A DNA stretch of 64,000 nucleotides from the human T2T-CHM13v2.0 reference genome, Homo sapiens: assembly GCF_009914755.1 (NCBI RefSeq), contig NC_060943.1. One strand, given 5' to 3'. The number at the start of each line of letters is the position of its first letter. Within the stretch, counting starts at the first letter, position 1. Positions 49,827 to 64,000 of the stretch are shown here, in pieces. Made by a program: the position numbers and the translations under genes. The notes beneath the pieces were generated by a model. The model had not been told where the DNA came from, made no database searches, and saw only the letters and a program-made list of their open reading frames with translations.

Positions 49827-50460
49827 TGATCTGCCTGCCTTGGCCTCCCAAAGTGCTGGGATTACAGGCATGAGCCACCACGCCCAGCCCCTGGTCAATT
49901 TTAGACAATGCAAATATCTTCCGCTCGTCCATCATCTCATCTCTCATGATCTTGGCCCTTGGGATCCTTGATGAATAGAAACCCTTAATACTGATGTAAT
50001 CAAATTAATTTTTTTGACTTATGATTCATCCTTTTGAGATCCCTAAAAGAAGTCATTAATACTTTCCTACATTTTCTTTTATTAACTTTATAGTTTTACC
50101 TTTTGCATTTAGTGCTTTACTAGCAGCTGGTCTCCACTTTACATTATTATGTTATAGAGGAGGAGGGGCCTGAAAGCCTCTCAGTGCTCAAGATCTTTGA
50201 AGACTTAACTGGGCATTAGCTCAATTAGAGAGGAAGAAAGCAGTAGAGGATGGGGATGGACCACTATCTCCTGGGCCTCGCTTCCCCCAAGAAAATCCAT
50301 GGACCCACCCACAACCACTACATCTCAGACTATTTCAGCATCTTCCTCCCAGTGGCTTCACACACCTGGGTGAGACCCCCAACATCTACTCAGTTACCAG
50401 GTCTGGTATTCCCTGATATCATCCTGATTTTTTGACTGGAAAAAAAGTGTTAATTCATAA

Positions 50461-50598
<138 letters not shown>

Positions 50599-51424
50599 TG
50601 AGTAGCTGGGACCACAAGCATATGCCACCATGCCCGGTTAATTTTTATAAATTTTTTTTGTAGAAAGGTGGTTTCTCCATGTTACCCAGGCTGATCTTGA
50701 GCTCCTGGGCTCAAGCGATCTGCCTGCCTCAGCTTCCCAAAGTCCTGGGATTACAGGCATGAACCAATGTGCCCAGACCCCCAACACTATTCTAAGCAGT
50801 GGGGATTAAGCAGTGAATAAACAATGCCCCAGCATCATGGGATTTGGTGGGGGAGAGAAACAATAAATATGTATCAAGCAATGGCAAATGCTGTGAAGAA
50901 TAAAGCAACATGAGGCAGAAAGGAAACTCTGAGGGGACCGAGCTCATCTTAGATAGGGTAGTCTCTCTGATATATACACAGAGGGAGGCACTCTGATATA
51001 TACACAGAGACTGAACTGGGGTAATGGAGCAAATCCGGTCCATGGTAAATCTGGAGAAAGAGACTTTCAGGCTGAGGGAATAGCAAGTGCAAAGGTCCTG
51101 AGGTTGGAAATGGCTTGGCTTGATCAAAAACAAGGAGGCCAAGGTGGACAGAGCAGTTATTGATGGAGATAAATAGGGGATAAGATCACAAAAGTAGACG
51201 TAGAGTACAGGAGAGCAGACCATGCAGGGTCTTTGGAGCGTAGTGAGGAGTTTTTATGTTATTCTATTTAAAATGGGAAGTGAGCTAAGTGTTACAATTA
51301 AAGAAGTAACATATATGTATTTACTGATCAAAAAGATTATCCGGACTTTTGCTTGTCACTATGATGGAGTAGCTAGTAGCTGACTAACTCCCCACCAAAA
51401 ACTATAAAAGCTGAATACAAGCTA

Positions 51425-51787
<363 letters not shown>

Positions 51788-53645
51788 TTATATTTTAATT
51801 TAAAAATTACCAGTCTTGCCAGGAAACAAGACCAAATGACAGAAAACCAAGAGAAAAAACATACACTAGAAGTATGTACCCAAAGGTGATCCAGGTATTA
51901 CAGTTCTCAGATACAGGCTTTCAAATAACTATAATTAATATGTTCCCCAAAAATAGATGAAAAGATGGATAATTTCATCAGAGAACTGGAATCTAAGGAG
52001 GAGGGAGAATCCAATATAAATTCTAGAGCTGAAAAATAAATTAATTGAAATAAAAATTCAGTAGATTAGTCCCACATCAGGTTAGACACACTGGAAAACA
52101 GATCAATAGAAAATATCTAGATTAAATTACACAGAAATAGGGTAGAAAATACATTAAAAACATATGAGACATATAGGTCATGGTTAAAAGGTCTAATACA
52201 TACATACTGGAGTCCTAGAAGAGAGGAAAAAGACAATGAGGAGGAAGCAATACTAAAGAACTCCTGGGCAAGAATTTTAAAAAACTGATGAAAGACATCA
52301 ACTCACAGATCCAAGGTGGGAGGATCGCTTGAGCCTGGGAGGTGGAGGTTGCAGTCAGTCAAGAATGTGCCACTGTACTCCAGCCTGCGTAACAGAGTGA
52401 GACCCTGTTTCCAAAAATAAGGCAGAACGTTGATAATTGCTAAAGCTATGTGTTAGGTATATACGGGTTCGTTATGTTTACTTTATGTATGTTTGAGATT
52501 TTTTTAATACTGTATAAAGATATTTTTAAGTAACTGACACTAAATACTCCAAATAAAAGGCACAGATTTTCTGATCTACAACTACATGCAACATGGTTGA
52601 ATCTTATATGACATTTAACAAAAGAACCAGAAACAAAAATGTTTCTGTATGGTTTTATTTATTCTGAATAAAAAAACAAATAAAGCTTATCTATGCCATT
52701 AGAAATTGGGGTAGGCCGGGCACAGTGGCTCATGCGTGTAATCCCAGCACTTTTTGGGAGGCTGAGGTGGGCAAATCACCTGAGGTCAGGAGTTCGAGAG
52801 CAGCCTGGCCAACATGGTGAAACCTCATCTCTACTAAAAATACAAAAATTAGCCAGATACGGTGGCACATGGCTGTAATCCCAGCTACTCAGAGGCTGAG
52901 GCATGAGAATCACTTGAACCCAGGAGGCGGAGTTTGCAGTAAGACAAGATTGCGCCACTGCACTCCAGCCTGGGCCACAGAAGGAGACTTTGTCTCAAAA
53001 AAAAAAAAAAAAAAAAAGAAAGAAAAAGAAAAGAAATTAGGGTAAAAGTTACCCCTAGGAGAGTAGGGACTGGAAGGAGCCATGAGGAAGAATCTTGGAG
53101 GCAGGTAGTATGTTGTATCTTGATCTCGGTTTAGATAACACAGATGTGTTCAATTTCTGAAAATTCATAAAGCTTATCACTTATGATCTATGGACTGTTC
53201 TATATAAATATTACACTTCACTAAGAGTTTTGGTAAAGTCAAAAATCAGCAGTCAGCATAAAACAAAACCCAACTATATGCTGTTACAAGAGACATGCCT
53301 TAAATATAAGCACACAAAAAGATGGAAAGTTACAGGATGAAAAAGATACCCTATATAAACACTAACCAAAGAAAGCCGGAGAAATCTCTACATCAAAGTA
53401 GCCATTAAGGCAAAAAGCATTGCTAGAAGTAAAAAATGACATTTCAAGGTAATAAAGGGGTCAAGTCACCAGGAGGATATAACCATTCTAAATCTGTATG
53501 CATTTAATAATACAGCTTCAACATATATAAAGCAAAAATGACAGAACTGAGAGATGGAAAAATCCACAGTCATTCAGTACAAGAAGCAAACAGTGAAGAT
53601 ATTAAAGATTTGAACAGCATGATTGACAAACTTGACCTGACATAG

Positions 53646-54180
<535 letters not shown>

Positions 54181-54183
54181 TAA

Positions 54184-54390
<207 letters not shown>

Positions 54391-54935
54391 TAGAGTATGT
54401 TTGTATGTTTTCTGACTACAGTGAATTAAGTAGGAAGCAATAATAAAAAGATAGCAGGGGGCCGGGCGCAGTGGCTCACGCCTGTAATCTCAGCACTTTG
54501 GGAGGCTGAGGCAGAGGAATCACAAGGTCAAGAGATCGAGATCATCCTGGCCAACATGGTGAAACCCCGTCTCTACTAAAAATACAAAAAAAAAAAAAAA
54601 GTTGGCTGTGGTGGTGCGTGCCTGTAGTCCCATCTACTCAGGAGGCTGAGGCAGGAGAATCACTTGAATCCAGGAGGCAGAGGTTGTAGTGAGCCCAGAT
54701 CACGCCACTGCACCCAACCTGGCGACAAAGCGAGACTCCGTCTCAAAAATAAATAAATAATAAAAAGATAGCAGGGAAGTCATAAAATATTTGGAAAGTA
54801 AGCAATATATCTCTAAAAATTATCACTCAGGTCAAATTAGAAAATATTTTGAATTGATAATAATGGAAACGTGGCCAGGCATGGTGGCTCATGCCAATAA
54901 TCCCAGCACTCTGGGAGGCTGAGGCAGGCAGATCA

Positions 54936-55265
<330 letters not shown>

Positions 55266-55422
55266 TTAAAAATCAAATGACCTGGCTGGGCACATGACCT
55301 GGCATCAGCACGGTGGCTCACGCCTCTAATCCCAGCACTTTAGGAGGCCAAGGCAGGCGGCTCACCCGAGGTCAGGAGTTCAAGACCAGTCTGGCCAACA
55401 TGGTGAAACCCCGACTCTACTA

Positions 55423-55608
<186 letters not shown>

Positions 55609-55683
55609 CTAAAAATATCAGTGACCTAAGCATTCACCTCAAGAAGTTGGGGGGAAAAAGCTGGAAAAAGAACAGCAGATCAT

Positions 55684-56040
<357 letters not shown>

Positions 56041-56144
56041 TCAGGAGGCTGAGGTGGGAGGATTACTTGAGCCCAGGAGGTGGAGGCTGCAGTGAGCTAG
56101 GGTCACATTACTGCACTCTATCCTGGGTGAGAACCTGTCTCAGA

Positions 56145-56520
56145 AAGAGAGGAGGGGGGAGGGGAGGGGAGGAAGGGGAGGGAGGAGGGGAGGCAGTGGA
56201 CGCGGAGGGGAAGGGAGGGGAAGGGAGGGGAAGGGAGGGGAAGGGAGGGGAGATAAAGGGAGGGGGAGGGGAAGGGAGGTGGGAGGGGAGATGAGGGGAG
56301 GAAAGTGGGGGGAGGAGAGGAGCAGAGGGGAAGAGAGGGGGAGGGGAGGGGAAGGTACGGGGGAGGGGAGATGAGGGGAGGGGAGTGGGGGAAGGGGAGG
56401 ACAGGAGCAGAAGGGAAGGGAGGGGGGAGGGGAGGGGAAGGTACGGGGGAGGGGAGATGAGGGGAGGGGAGTGGGGGAAGGGGAGGAGAGGAGCAGAGGG
56501 GAAGGGAGGGGGGAAAAGAG
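56145..56520 (+). repeat. Polypurine G-rich low-complexity tract with an internal ~86-bp duplication
   Basis: (GGGA/GGGGA)n; GGAAGGTACGGGGGAGGGGAGATGAGGGG occurs twice, 86 bp apart. Confidence 0.9.
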
Positions 56521-56569
56521 AGATGGCACAAATTATTAATATCCGTCACCACAGATCTTACAGATATTA

Positions 56570-56662
<93 letters not shown>

Positions 56663-57029
56663 CTAACATAAGACCGTGTTTCTCCCCCTCCAAAAAAAGA
56701 CAATATTATGAACTTTATGCAAATTATTTGAAATTTTAGATAAAATGGAAAAATTCCTTGAAAACCACAACTTACCAAAACCACAACTTACCAGAAATAA
56801 AATAGAACATCTGAATAGTTGTATTTTTATAAAAGAAATAGAATTTGTAATTTAAAGTCTTTCCACAAAGAAAACTCTAGGTCCAGATGGCTGGTGACTT
56901 CTTCCAAACACATAAAAAATAAATAACATCAATCCTACACTAGCACTTTCAAAGAATAGAAAAAGAGAGAACACTTCTCCACACATTATATCAGCATAGC
57001 CTTGTTAACAAAACTCAACAGGGATCTCA

Positions 57030-57401
<372 letters not shown>

Positions 57402-57469
57402 TCAATTCCCCCTTCCTCAGCCCATTTCACCAAAGCCTGAAGCGGAAGAGAAGAACACGAGCCCCAGCA

Positions 57470-57800
57470 TGGCGGGCGCAGCCACCACCTCCTTCCACCA
57501 CCAGACAAACTCCGTGGCCACAGCCCACACCGCCAGCGCGCATGCGTGACACGCGTCGGCCGCCGGTTTGCACCTGCGTCTTAAGAGGAGTCCGGGCGGG
57601 GAGGGGCGGGGCTCAGACGCTGCGCACGCGCACTCGCGACCCCTCGCCTCCTTTTGCTTTTTCTGGCGGGAAAAGCTCACGCGCACCTCCCCCAGCTCAA
57701 CTGCCGTTCGTCGTTCGTGGATGTCCGTTGTGTCCCGAGACTAGGACGTGGCTCCAGGTGCGCCCTGCCCCGCGGCGAGGTTCCCAGAATGGCCCTTCCC
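57470..57800 (+). promoter_or_regulatory. KASH5: CpG-island promoter and non-coding exon 1 of KASH5 (donor CAG|GTGCGC at 57757/57758)
   Basis: CpG-rich; NRF1-like GCGCATGCG at 57538-57546 and TGCGCACGCGCA at 57621-57632; GC box; E2F-type TGGCGGGAAAA at 57664-57674. Confidence 0.7.
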
Positions 57801-57959
57801 AGCCCGTACCGAAATCCTAGCGAAGCCCCCCCATATTGTGGGAGAGATACCCCTGCTTCAGGGCCCCCCAGATCCTGACCACTTGGGAGGCCGAGGCGGG
57901 CGGATCACGAGGTCAGAAGATAGAGACCATCCCGGGGAAGTGAAACCCCGTCTCTACTA

Positions 57960-58232
<273 letters not shown>

Positions 58233-58379
58233 TCAGACTTCTCCCTCAGAGCCTGCCAGAAACTTTCCCCAAAATCCTATTACTCTCCCCAAATCAGCAG
58301 AGCCACCTAGACTCGTGTCAGAGATCCCCAGAAATCCTGGCAGGTCCCCTCCCAAACCCAGTCGGACCTCAGATTCCGT

Positions 58380-58800
58380 CAGAGAGCACAGAAGTCCATC
58401 AAAGACACCCCAGAAACGGAGACCCCGAAATGCACTCAGAGACCCCCGCAGAAATCAAGACCCTCCAAATCCAGCCAGAGACCCCCAGAAATCCAGTCAG
58501 ACCCCTGCAGAAATCAAGACCCCCAAAATCCAGCCAGAGACCCCCAGAAATCCAGTCAGAGACCCCCGCATAAATCAAGACCCCCAAAATCCAGAGACCC
58601 CGAATAAATCAAGACCCCCAAAATCCAGTCAGAGAACCCCCAGAAATCCAATCAGACCCCCGCAGAAATCAAGACCCCTGAAATCCAGCCAGAGACCCCT
58701 GAAATCCAGTCAGAGACCCCCACAGAAATCAAAATCTCCAAAATCCAGCCAGACACTCCCCAGAAATCCAGTCAGAGACCCCCCCAAAATCCTGTCAGAG
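58380..58800 (+). repeat. ~60-bp tandem repeat (built from ~20-bp subunits) in KASH5 intron 1
   Basis: agaaatcaagacccccaaaatccagccagagacccccagaaatccagtcagacccc recurs at ~59-61 bp spacing. Confidence 0.85.
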
Positions 58801-60318
58801 CCCTTGAAAGCCCGCCAAGGCCCACACCACCCAGAGCTCCTGCCAGGGCCCCATCCTGCTTCAGTGTCCCCGTCTCAGTCCCGTCAGACCCCCGAGATCA
58901 ACCAACACCCCCGGGGTCCCTCAGGACTCCATCCCGAACCCACTCCGTGCGCCAGGGCCCAGCCAAGGCCATCGCCCCCCTTTGCACCCTGCAGGGTGTT
59001 CCAGACCCTGGAAGGGCCTCTCTTCAAAGACCCGTGTTTCCAGAACGGTGGCAGCGGGCTCACGTGGCTTGGGGAGAGCAGGCACTGGGGGAGCTGGGTG
59101 AGGACAGGCGAGCCCAGGCTCGACTGGTGGCCCCAAGGGGCGCCCGTGCCCGCTGTGATGATAGCAGCGCCCAGGTCTCTCTCTAGCCCCCAGAGTGCGG
59201 CCACTAAGGTTTTGGGTCGGCCTGGGTGGAATGGAGGCAGGATGGGGCCCCCCAAACTCCTGTCACTGCTGCAGGGACTGCCCAGAGCAGCTGCAAGTGG
59301 GGCTGGCAGGGATGAGGAGGAGGTGGCCTGGGCTTGGGGGACCATGTACATCCTGAGTTGGAACCCAGGGGAGCAGCAGGTTTGGGGCCATGATGAGGAG
59401 AGACCTAGGGGTTGCCCGACGGAGAGAAAAGGGACAGGAAGAGGCAGGAGCTTCAGAGACTACTCAATGCCACTCTAGCCTGAGGGACTGGAACTTAGTC
59501 CGGGGGCATTAGGGAGCCATGGGAGGATCAGGAGCAGGGGCAAGTCAGGATCAAACTCCCATGAGAAGCCAGCCGGCCAAATCCAGGCTGATGTGGCAAG
59601 AATGGCAGCTGCCCAGGGCTGTGTGGGAGCCAGACACGGCCCCTCGCTTCCCGGAAGAGGCCACGTGAAGCCGAAGCAGGATGCAGGAGGGCGTCCCAGG
59701 CAGAGACCTGGGCGTGGGAGCGGTCCGCAGCTCAGAGTGGCTGGAGCATCATGTGCGATTTGGGGTGCTGAGGTGGGCGGTCAGCCATGCAGGGCCTTGG
59801 CGTCAGGGCCAGGGTCTCACCTGTACCCAGGATTCAGGGAGCCATGGAAGGGTACTTAGCAGGGGAGGGGCAGGTCAGCTCTGGGGCCCTGTGGGGACAG
59901 ACTGGAGGACAAGCCTGGGGATAGGAGGCTGGGACAAAGGCCAGGGAAGAGGACCAGGCAGCCTGGACCGGCGGCAAGCCATGTGAAGAAAGGGAGGCAG
60001 TGACCTCCCCCACCCACCCACTAGCCCCTTTGATGTCAGCCACCTCGTTCTCCAGCCCACACCTCCAATCCATAAAACAGGTCAGAGCGGAGCTGCTCAG
60101 GTCACAGCGGGGGTGACAAACAGGTTGTGAGGACCCAGAGGTCCTGGGGCACAGGTGGGGCTAGGCAGGCCCCGACCCTTGGTGGCTGCTCTGAGGACAC
60201 CATTCCCCTGCTTCTCCTTCCAGGAGTGCTCGGGCCAGCTGGTCCTTTTCCCATCCCTCCCCATGAAGGAGGGAGGCTGGTAGCTTTGCCAGCAGCTGCG
60301 CCGCGGCAGGGGTGGCCC

Positions 60319-60361
60319 ATGGACCTGCCTGAGGGCCCGGTGGGTGGCCCCACTGCGGAAA
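60319..60361 (+). CDS. KASH5: KASH5 (CCDC155) first coding exon (MDLPEGPVGGPTAE); exon starts at 60224
   Basis: gcccATGG Kozak context; donor A|GTAAGT; joins the next exon in phase to give ...TAEMYLRERPEEARLG. Confidence 0.92.
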
Positions 60362-60816
60362 GTAAGTGGCTGGAACCCTATTTGCCCCGGGGAGTGTGAG
60401 GAGGGAGCCATGGGTGAATGGGTGCCAGGCTGTGACTCGGGGACTTGGGAGAGGTGGCTGGGGGTGGCTGAGCCTTTGCATGGGTGCAGAGTGGAAGGGA
60501 GGGAAGGGACTCTGGTAGATTAAGTGCCTACTCTATGCCCGCCCACCTGTCACTACCCCTTATCTCCTGTGGGGAGGCTGGACTGTGTGAGAGCGCAAGC
60601 AGCCGCACCCCTTACTCCATTCAGATCGCGGCCGAGATGGCACTTCTTACTTTATGTAAAGCAGCTGCCCTGTGACACTCTCTCCCCTGCCCCGCTTCAT
60701 TTCTCTTCACAGTGCTCACATCTGTATGTCATGTTTTGTCTCTGTCTCCCCTGCTAGAGCATGAGCTCCACAAGGCAGCGTCTGTTTTATTCACTCTGGT
60801 ATTCCCAGTCCCTAGA

Positions 60817-61130
60817 GCAGCGCTGTCCTGTGGAAGTATAATATGAGCCACATAGGTAATTTATTATTTTTTAAAAGAAAAAAGGAACAGGTGAAATGAA
60901 TGTTGATAATGGATTTTCCTTATATAGCCAGACTAATACCCTGTATATTATATATGTATACAGGATATACATACATAGAGATATATATGTGTATATAGCC
61001 AATATATAGCCAATATAAAAAATGTATCCAGATAATCTGTTTTTTTCATACTAAGCCCTAAAGATCTAGCGTGTACTTTACACTAACAGAGCATTTCAGT
61101 CTACACTCGCCTCAGTTCAGGTGCTCCAGA
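60817..61130. mobile_element. MER33-like hAT-Charlie element
   Basis: cagcgctgtcc...ataatatgagccacat...ttttcatactaag...gtgtactttacact. Confidence 0.65.
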
Positions 61131-62035
61131 AGGAGAGACTGCCCTGTTGGCTGGGACCCCAGAGCAACTCCTGACTCACTGTGGGAGCTCACTTACTGTT
61201 GAGTGAACGGACGGATGTAGGTTGAACGGGTGTGAAAGCTGGCTTCAGAGGGTGGGGAGGAGGCACTGGGGTTGCCTCTCTGAAACTCATCTGCCAAGTG
61301 AGAGAGCCCAGTCTGATGGGGATGGTAGGGCCCCTTTCTTAGAGGCTCCCAGGCATCCACGGCACAGCCTGCGTCTTTTTCTACAAAGCCCCAGACCTCA
61401 GGAGGCTTTCCAGATAGGAGGGTCAGAGGTAGACACCAGGGTGTGGGAACCAGAGGACAGGCTGTCTAGTGACAGCCATCTAAACTTCACCTGCACCAGC
61501 AGAGGGCGTGCAGCCACCAGGATCCGGGTGGCAAGGGCTGAGACAGCTTCGAGAGGCTCTGGAAGGAAAGGTAGGAACACACCCAGAAGGAGAGATGGAG
61601 ACAGAGGAAGGCAAAGGGAAAAAGAAACAGCAGAGGAAGGAAAGAGAAGACTTAGGGAATGGAGAGTCTCTGAGATATGGGAAGGGAAGCACAGAGACTG
61701 AGATACAGGGAAGAAAACGGGGACAAGGGACATGGAGGCAGAGAGACAGGACGTGGGGAAGAGAGACTGGGAGAAAGATAGAAAGAGCCAAAGAGAAATG
61801 TAACGAAGAGGCAAGGACAGAGACAGAGAGGAGATAGAGACACTGAGGAAGGAGATCTTCCTGAGGAACAGAAATGACATCTCCCTGGGGGAATCCTGGG
61901 ATGCGACTTCAGACACATGCTGATCCTCAGAGCCAGCACGACCTGATGCCAGTCCTGAGTTCTATTCCCAGCTTAGCTCTCTCTGGCAAGCAGCCCTGGG
62001 TGAACCATCTCATTGGGCCTCAGGGTCCTCGTTCA

Positions 62036-62401
<366 letters not shown>

Positions 62402-63109
62402 CTAACTGTGAGTCCACACGCCCCTTCCCAAGGGCCAAACCTAGGAGCATAGGTTCAAGACAGAGGGGGTGCAAATTTCACTCACTGCAAAGAATCCTGG
62501 AAGAGTTAGAGGGATGAGAAAGTTGACTCATATGTTAAACAGGGTGACCTTTGGCGAGTTCTTAGTTTCTCTATGCCTTAGTCCCCTCATTTGTAAAGTA
62601 GGGATTATAATAGCATCGATTATTATTATGCTACTAGACAGTTCATGTAAAGTGCTCAGAAAAGGCCTGGCACCTACTAAATGCTCAATAAGTGTTCAAT
62701 TCTATTCTTGAGTCCCCACCACGTGCCAGGCCTTCTGCCAAAGCCTTTCTAGATTGTATCTCATTTTCTCTCTAGGAAAGAGGTAACACCAACCCCATTT
62801 TCCAGAGGAAGAAACTGAGGCCCAAGAGAAGTTGAGTCCATTGCCCCAGGTGCCACCACTTGTCTGAGGCCAAGCCTCGGTTGCCCCCTGGATCTACCCC
62901 GTCCTGCAGCCTGTGCTCAGTGAGCTGCTGCACCCAGCTGTTCAAGGCCAGGGCAGGGAGCCTAGAAGTTCACTTCCAGCCCTGGGAGAGAGGCTGGGCC
63001 AGCCCAGTGGCTCCTGCAGTTGAGGATCTCTTCCTATGTCATGGAGCATTTGTTGAGCACCTGCCATCTGCAGGTGTTGTGGCTACAACAGTAGACAAAT
63101 AGACCCCAG

Positions 63110-63112
<3 letters not shown>

Positions 63113-63152
<40 letters not shown>
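63113..63152. repeat. (GT)n microsatellite, ~20 units
   Basis: Direct inspection. Confidence 0.97.
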
Positions 63153-63154
<2 letters not shown>

Positions 63155-63907
63155 ATGCGTGTGCTTCACATACACAGAGCTAACTCAGCCCTGGTGAGGA
63201 GGATCACTCTACCCACCCCCCCAGTAGGGAAACCGAGGCTCTAACAGAAGAGACTTGCCCACAGATGTGCAGCTGGACTCTGCACCCAGGTCTGACACAC
63301 TGATCCAGCTCATAACCATTCCCTCACTGCCCACCCTGTCTGGTTTACCCTATCCCTTCATGTCTCAGCCCCTGGCCATGGGCTCCAATGATGCCACCCT
63401 TGCCTTAGGGATGCAGGGAGGAGAGAGACCTGGTCCCCAGGGTGGGCTGGGAGACCGGAGATGCAGCAGGCGGGATCGATCTGGGCTGCCCATGCATTAT
63501 TGGATTGTTCCTGGCTCCTGGGCCCCCCCTTCACTCTCAGCTCCTCCCAGAATCCTCTCTTCTTTGCCCTCCCCGACCCTGTCCCTCTCTGAGTCCAGCC
63601 TGGGAGGCTGGAGAGGAGAGGAGGAAAGGGTGATCTCAGAGCGTTCTTCTCTGGGCTCCTAAGCCAATTGGACACAAAAAGACAGCAGGGGGGACTTCCT
63701 GGTTTGAAAGATGGGGGGAAGTAACTCAGAGACCCTCACATTGTTGCCCCCTCCTGAAGCTTCCTGCTGTTCCCCACCCGCCCGAACTCTCAGTGCTCTG
63801 AGTGAATTCCCTCCCCGCTACAGAGCCCAGGAGGCTGAGGACCTGGGGTCACCCCTCTTCCTTCCTTATTCTTCCCACTGGTGAGCTGAGCCCTCTTGTC
63901 TCCCCAG

Positions 63908-64000
63908 TGTACCTCCGGGAGCGGCCTGAGGAGGCAAGGCTGGGAATGCCGGTCAGCTTGGAGGAGCAAATACTCAACTCCACGTTCGAAGCTTGTGACC
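63908..64000 (+). CDS. KASH5: KASH5 next coding exon, truncated by the window end (MYLRERPEEARLGMPVSLEEQILNSTFEACDP)
   Basis: ccccag acceptor; start of the N-terminal EF-hand-like region of KASH5. Confidence 0.92.

Noticed and set aside
61222-61939. Overlapping 95-172 aa ORFs in KASH5 intron 2
   Set aside because: Purine-skewed low-complexity sequence; no recognisable domain or exon boundaries.

Overview
Human genomic DNA, GC-rich and very Alu-dense. The gene order matches the chr19q13.33 CD37-TEAD2-DKKL1-KASH5(CCDC155) locus, which I identify from recalled protein sequences. Exon-by-exon reconstruction with GT-AG boundaries gives complete CD37 (+, 8 coding exons, 281 aa), complete TEAD2 (-, 11 coding exons, 447 aa, plus a 12-nt micro-exon and a 9-nt alternative donor) and complete DKKL1 (+, 5 exons, 242 aa). 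It also gives the 5' end of KASH5 (+). CD37 and TEAD2 are tail-to-tail; TEAD2 and DKKL1 are head-to-head. The most unexplained structure is in DKKL1 intron 4: a ~2.6-kb processed pseudogene of a gene I cannot name. It has target-site duplications, a poly(A) tail, a poly(A) signal borrowed from an antisense L1, 33-aa acidic repeats and a C-terminal matrin/CIZ1-like zinc finger, and it lies just downstream of a same-strand LTR10-like solo LTR. Other leads are an in-frame alternative last exon in CD37 intron 7, inverted minisatellites around TEAD2 exons 2-4 (a 366-nt circle would have a stop-free ORF), an intronic RFX-site cluster, and three DKKL1 missense alleles. Repeat family names come from recalled consensus features, and repeat boundaries are approximate.
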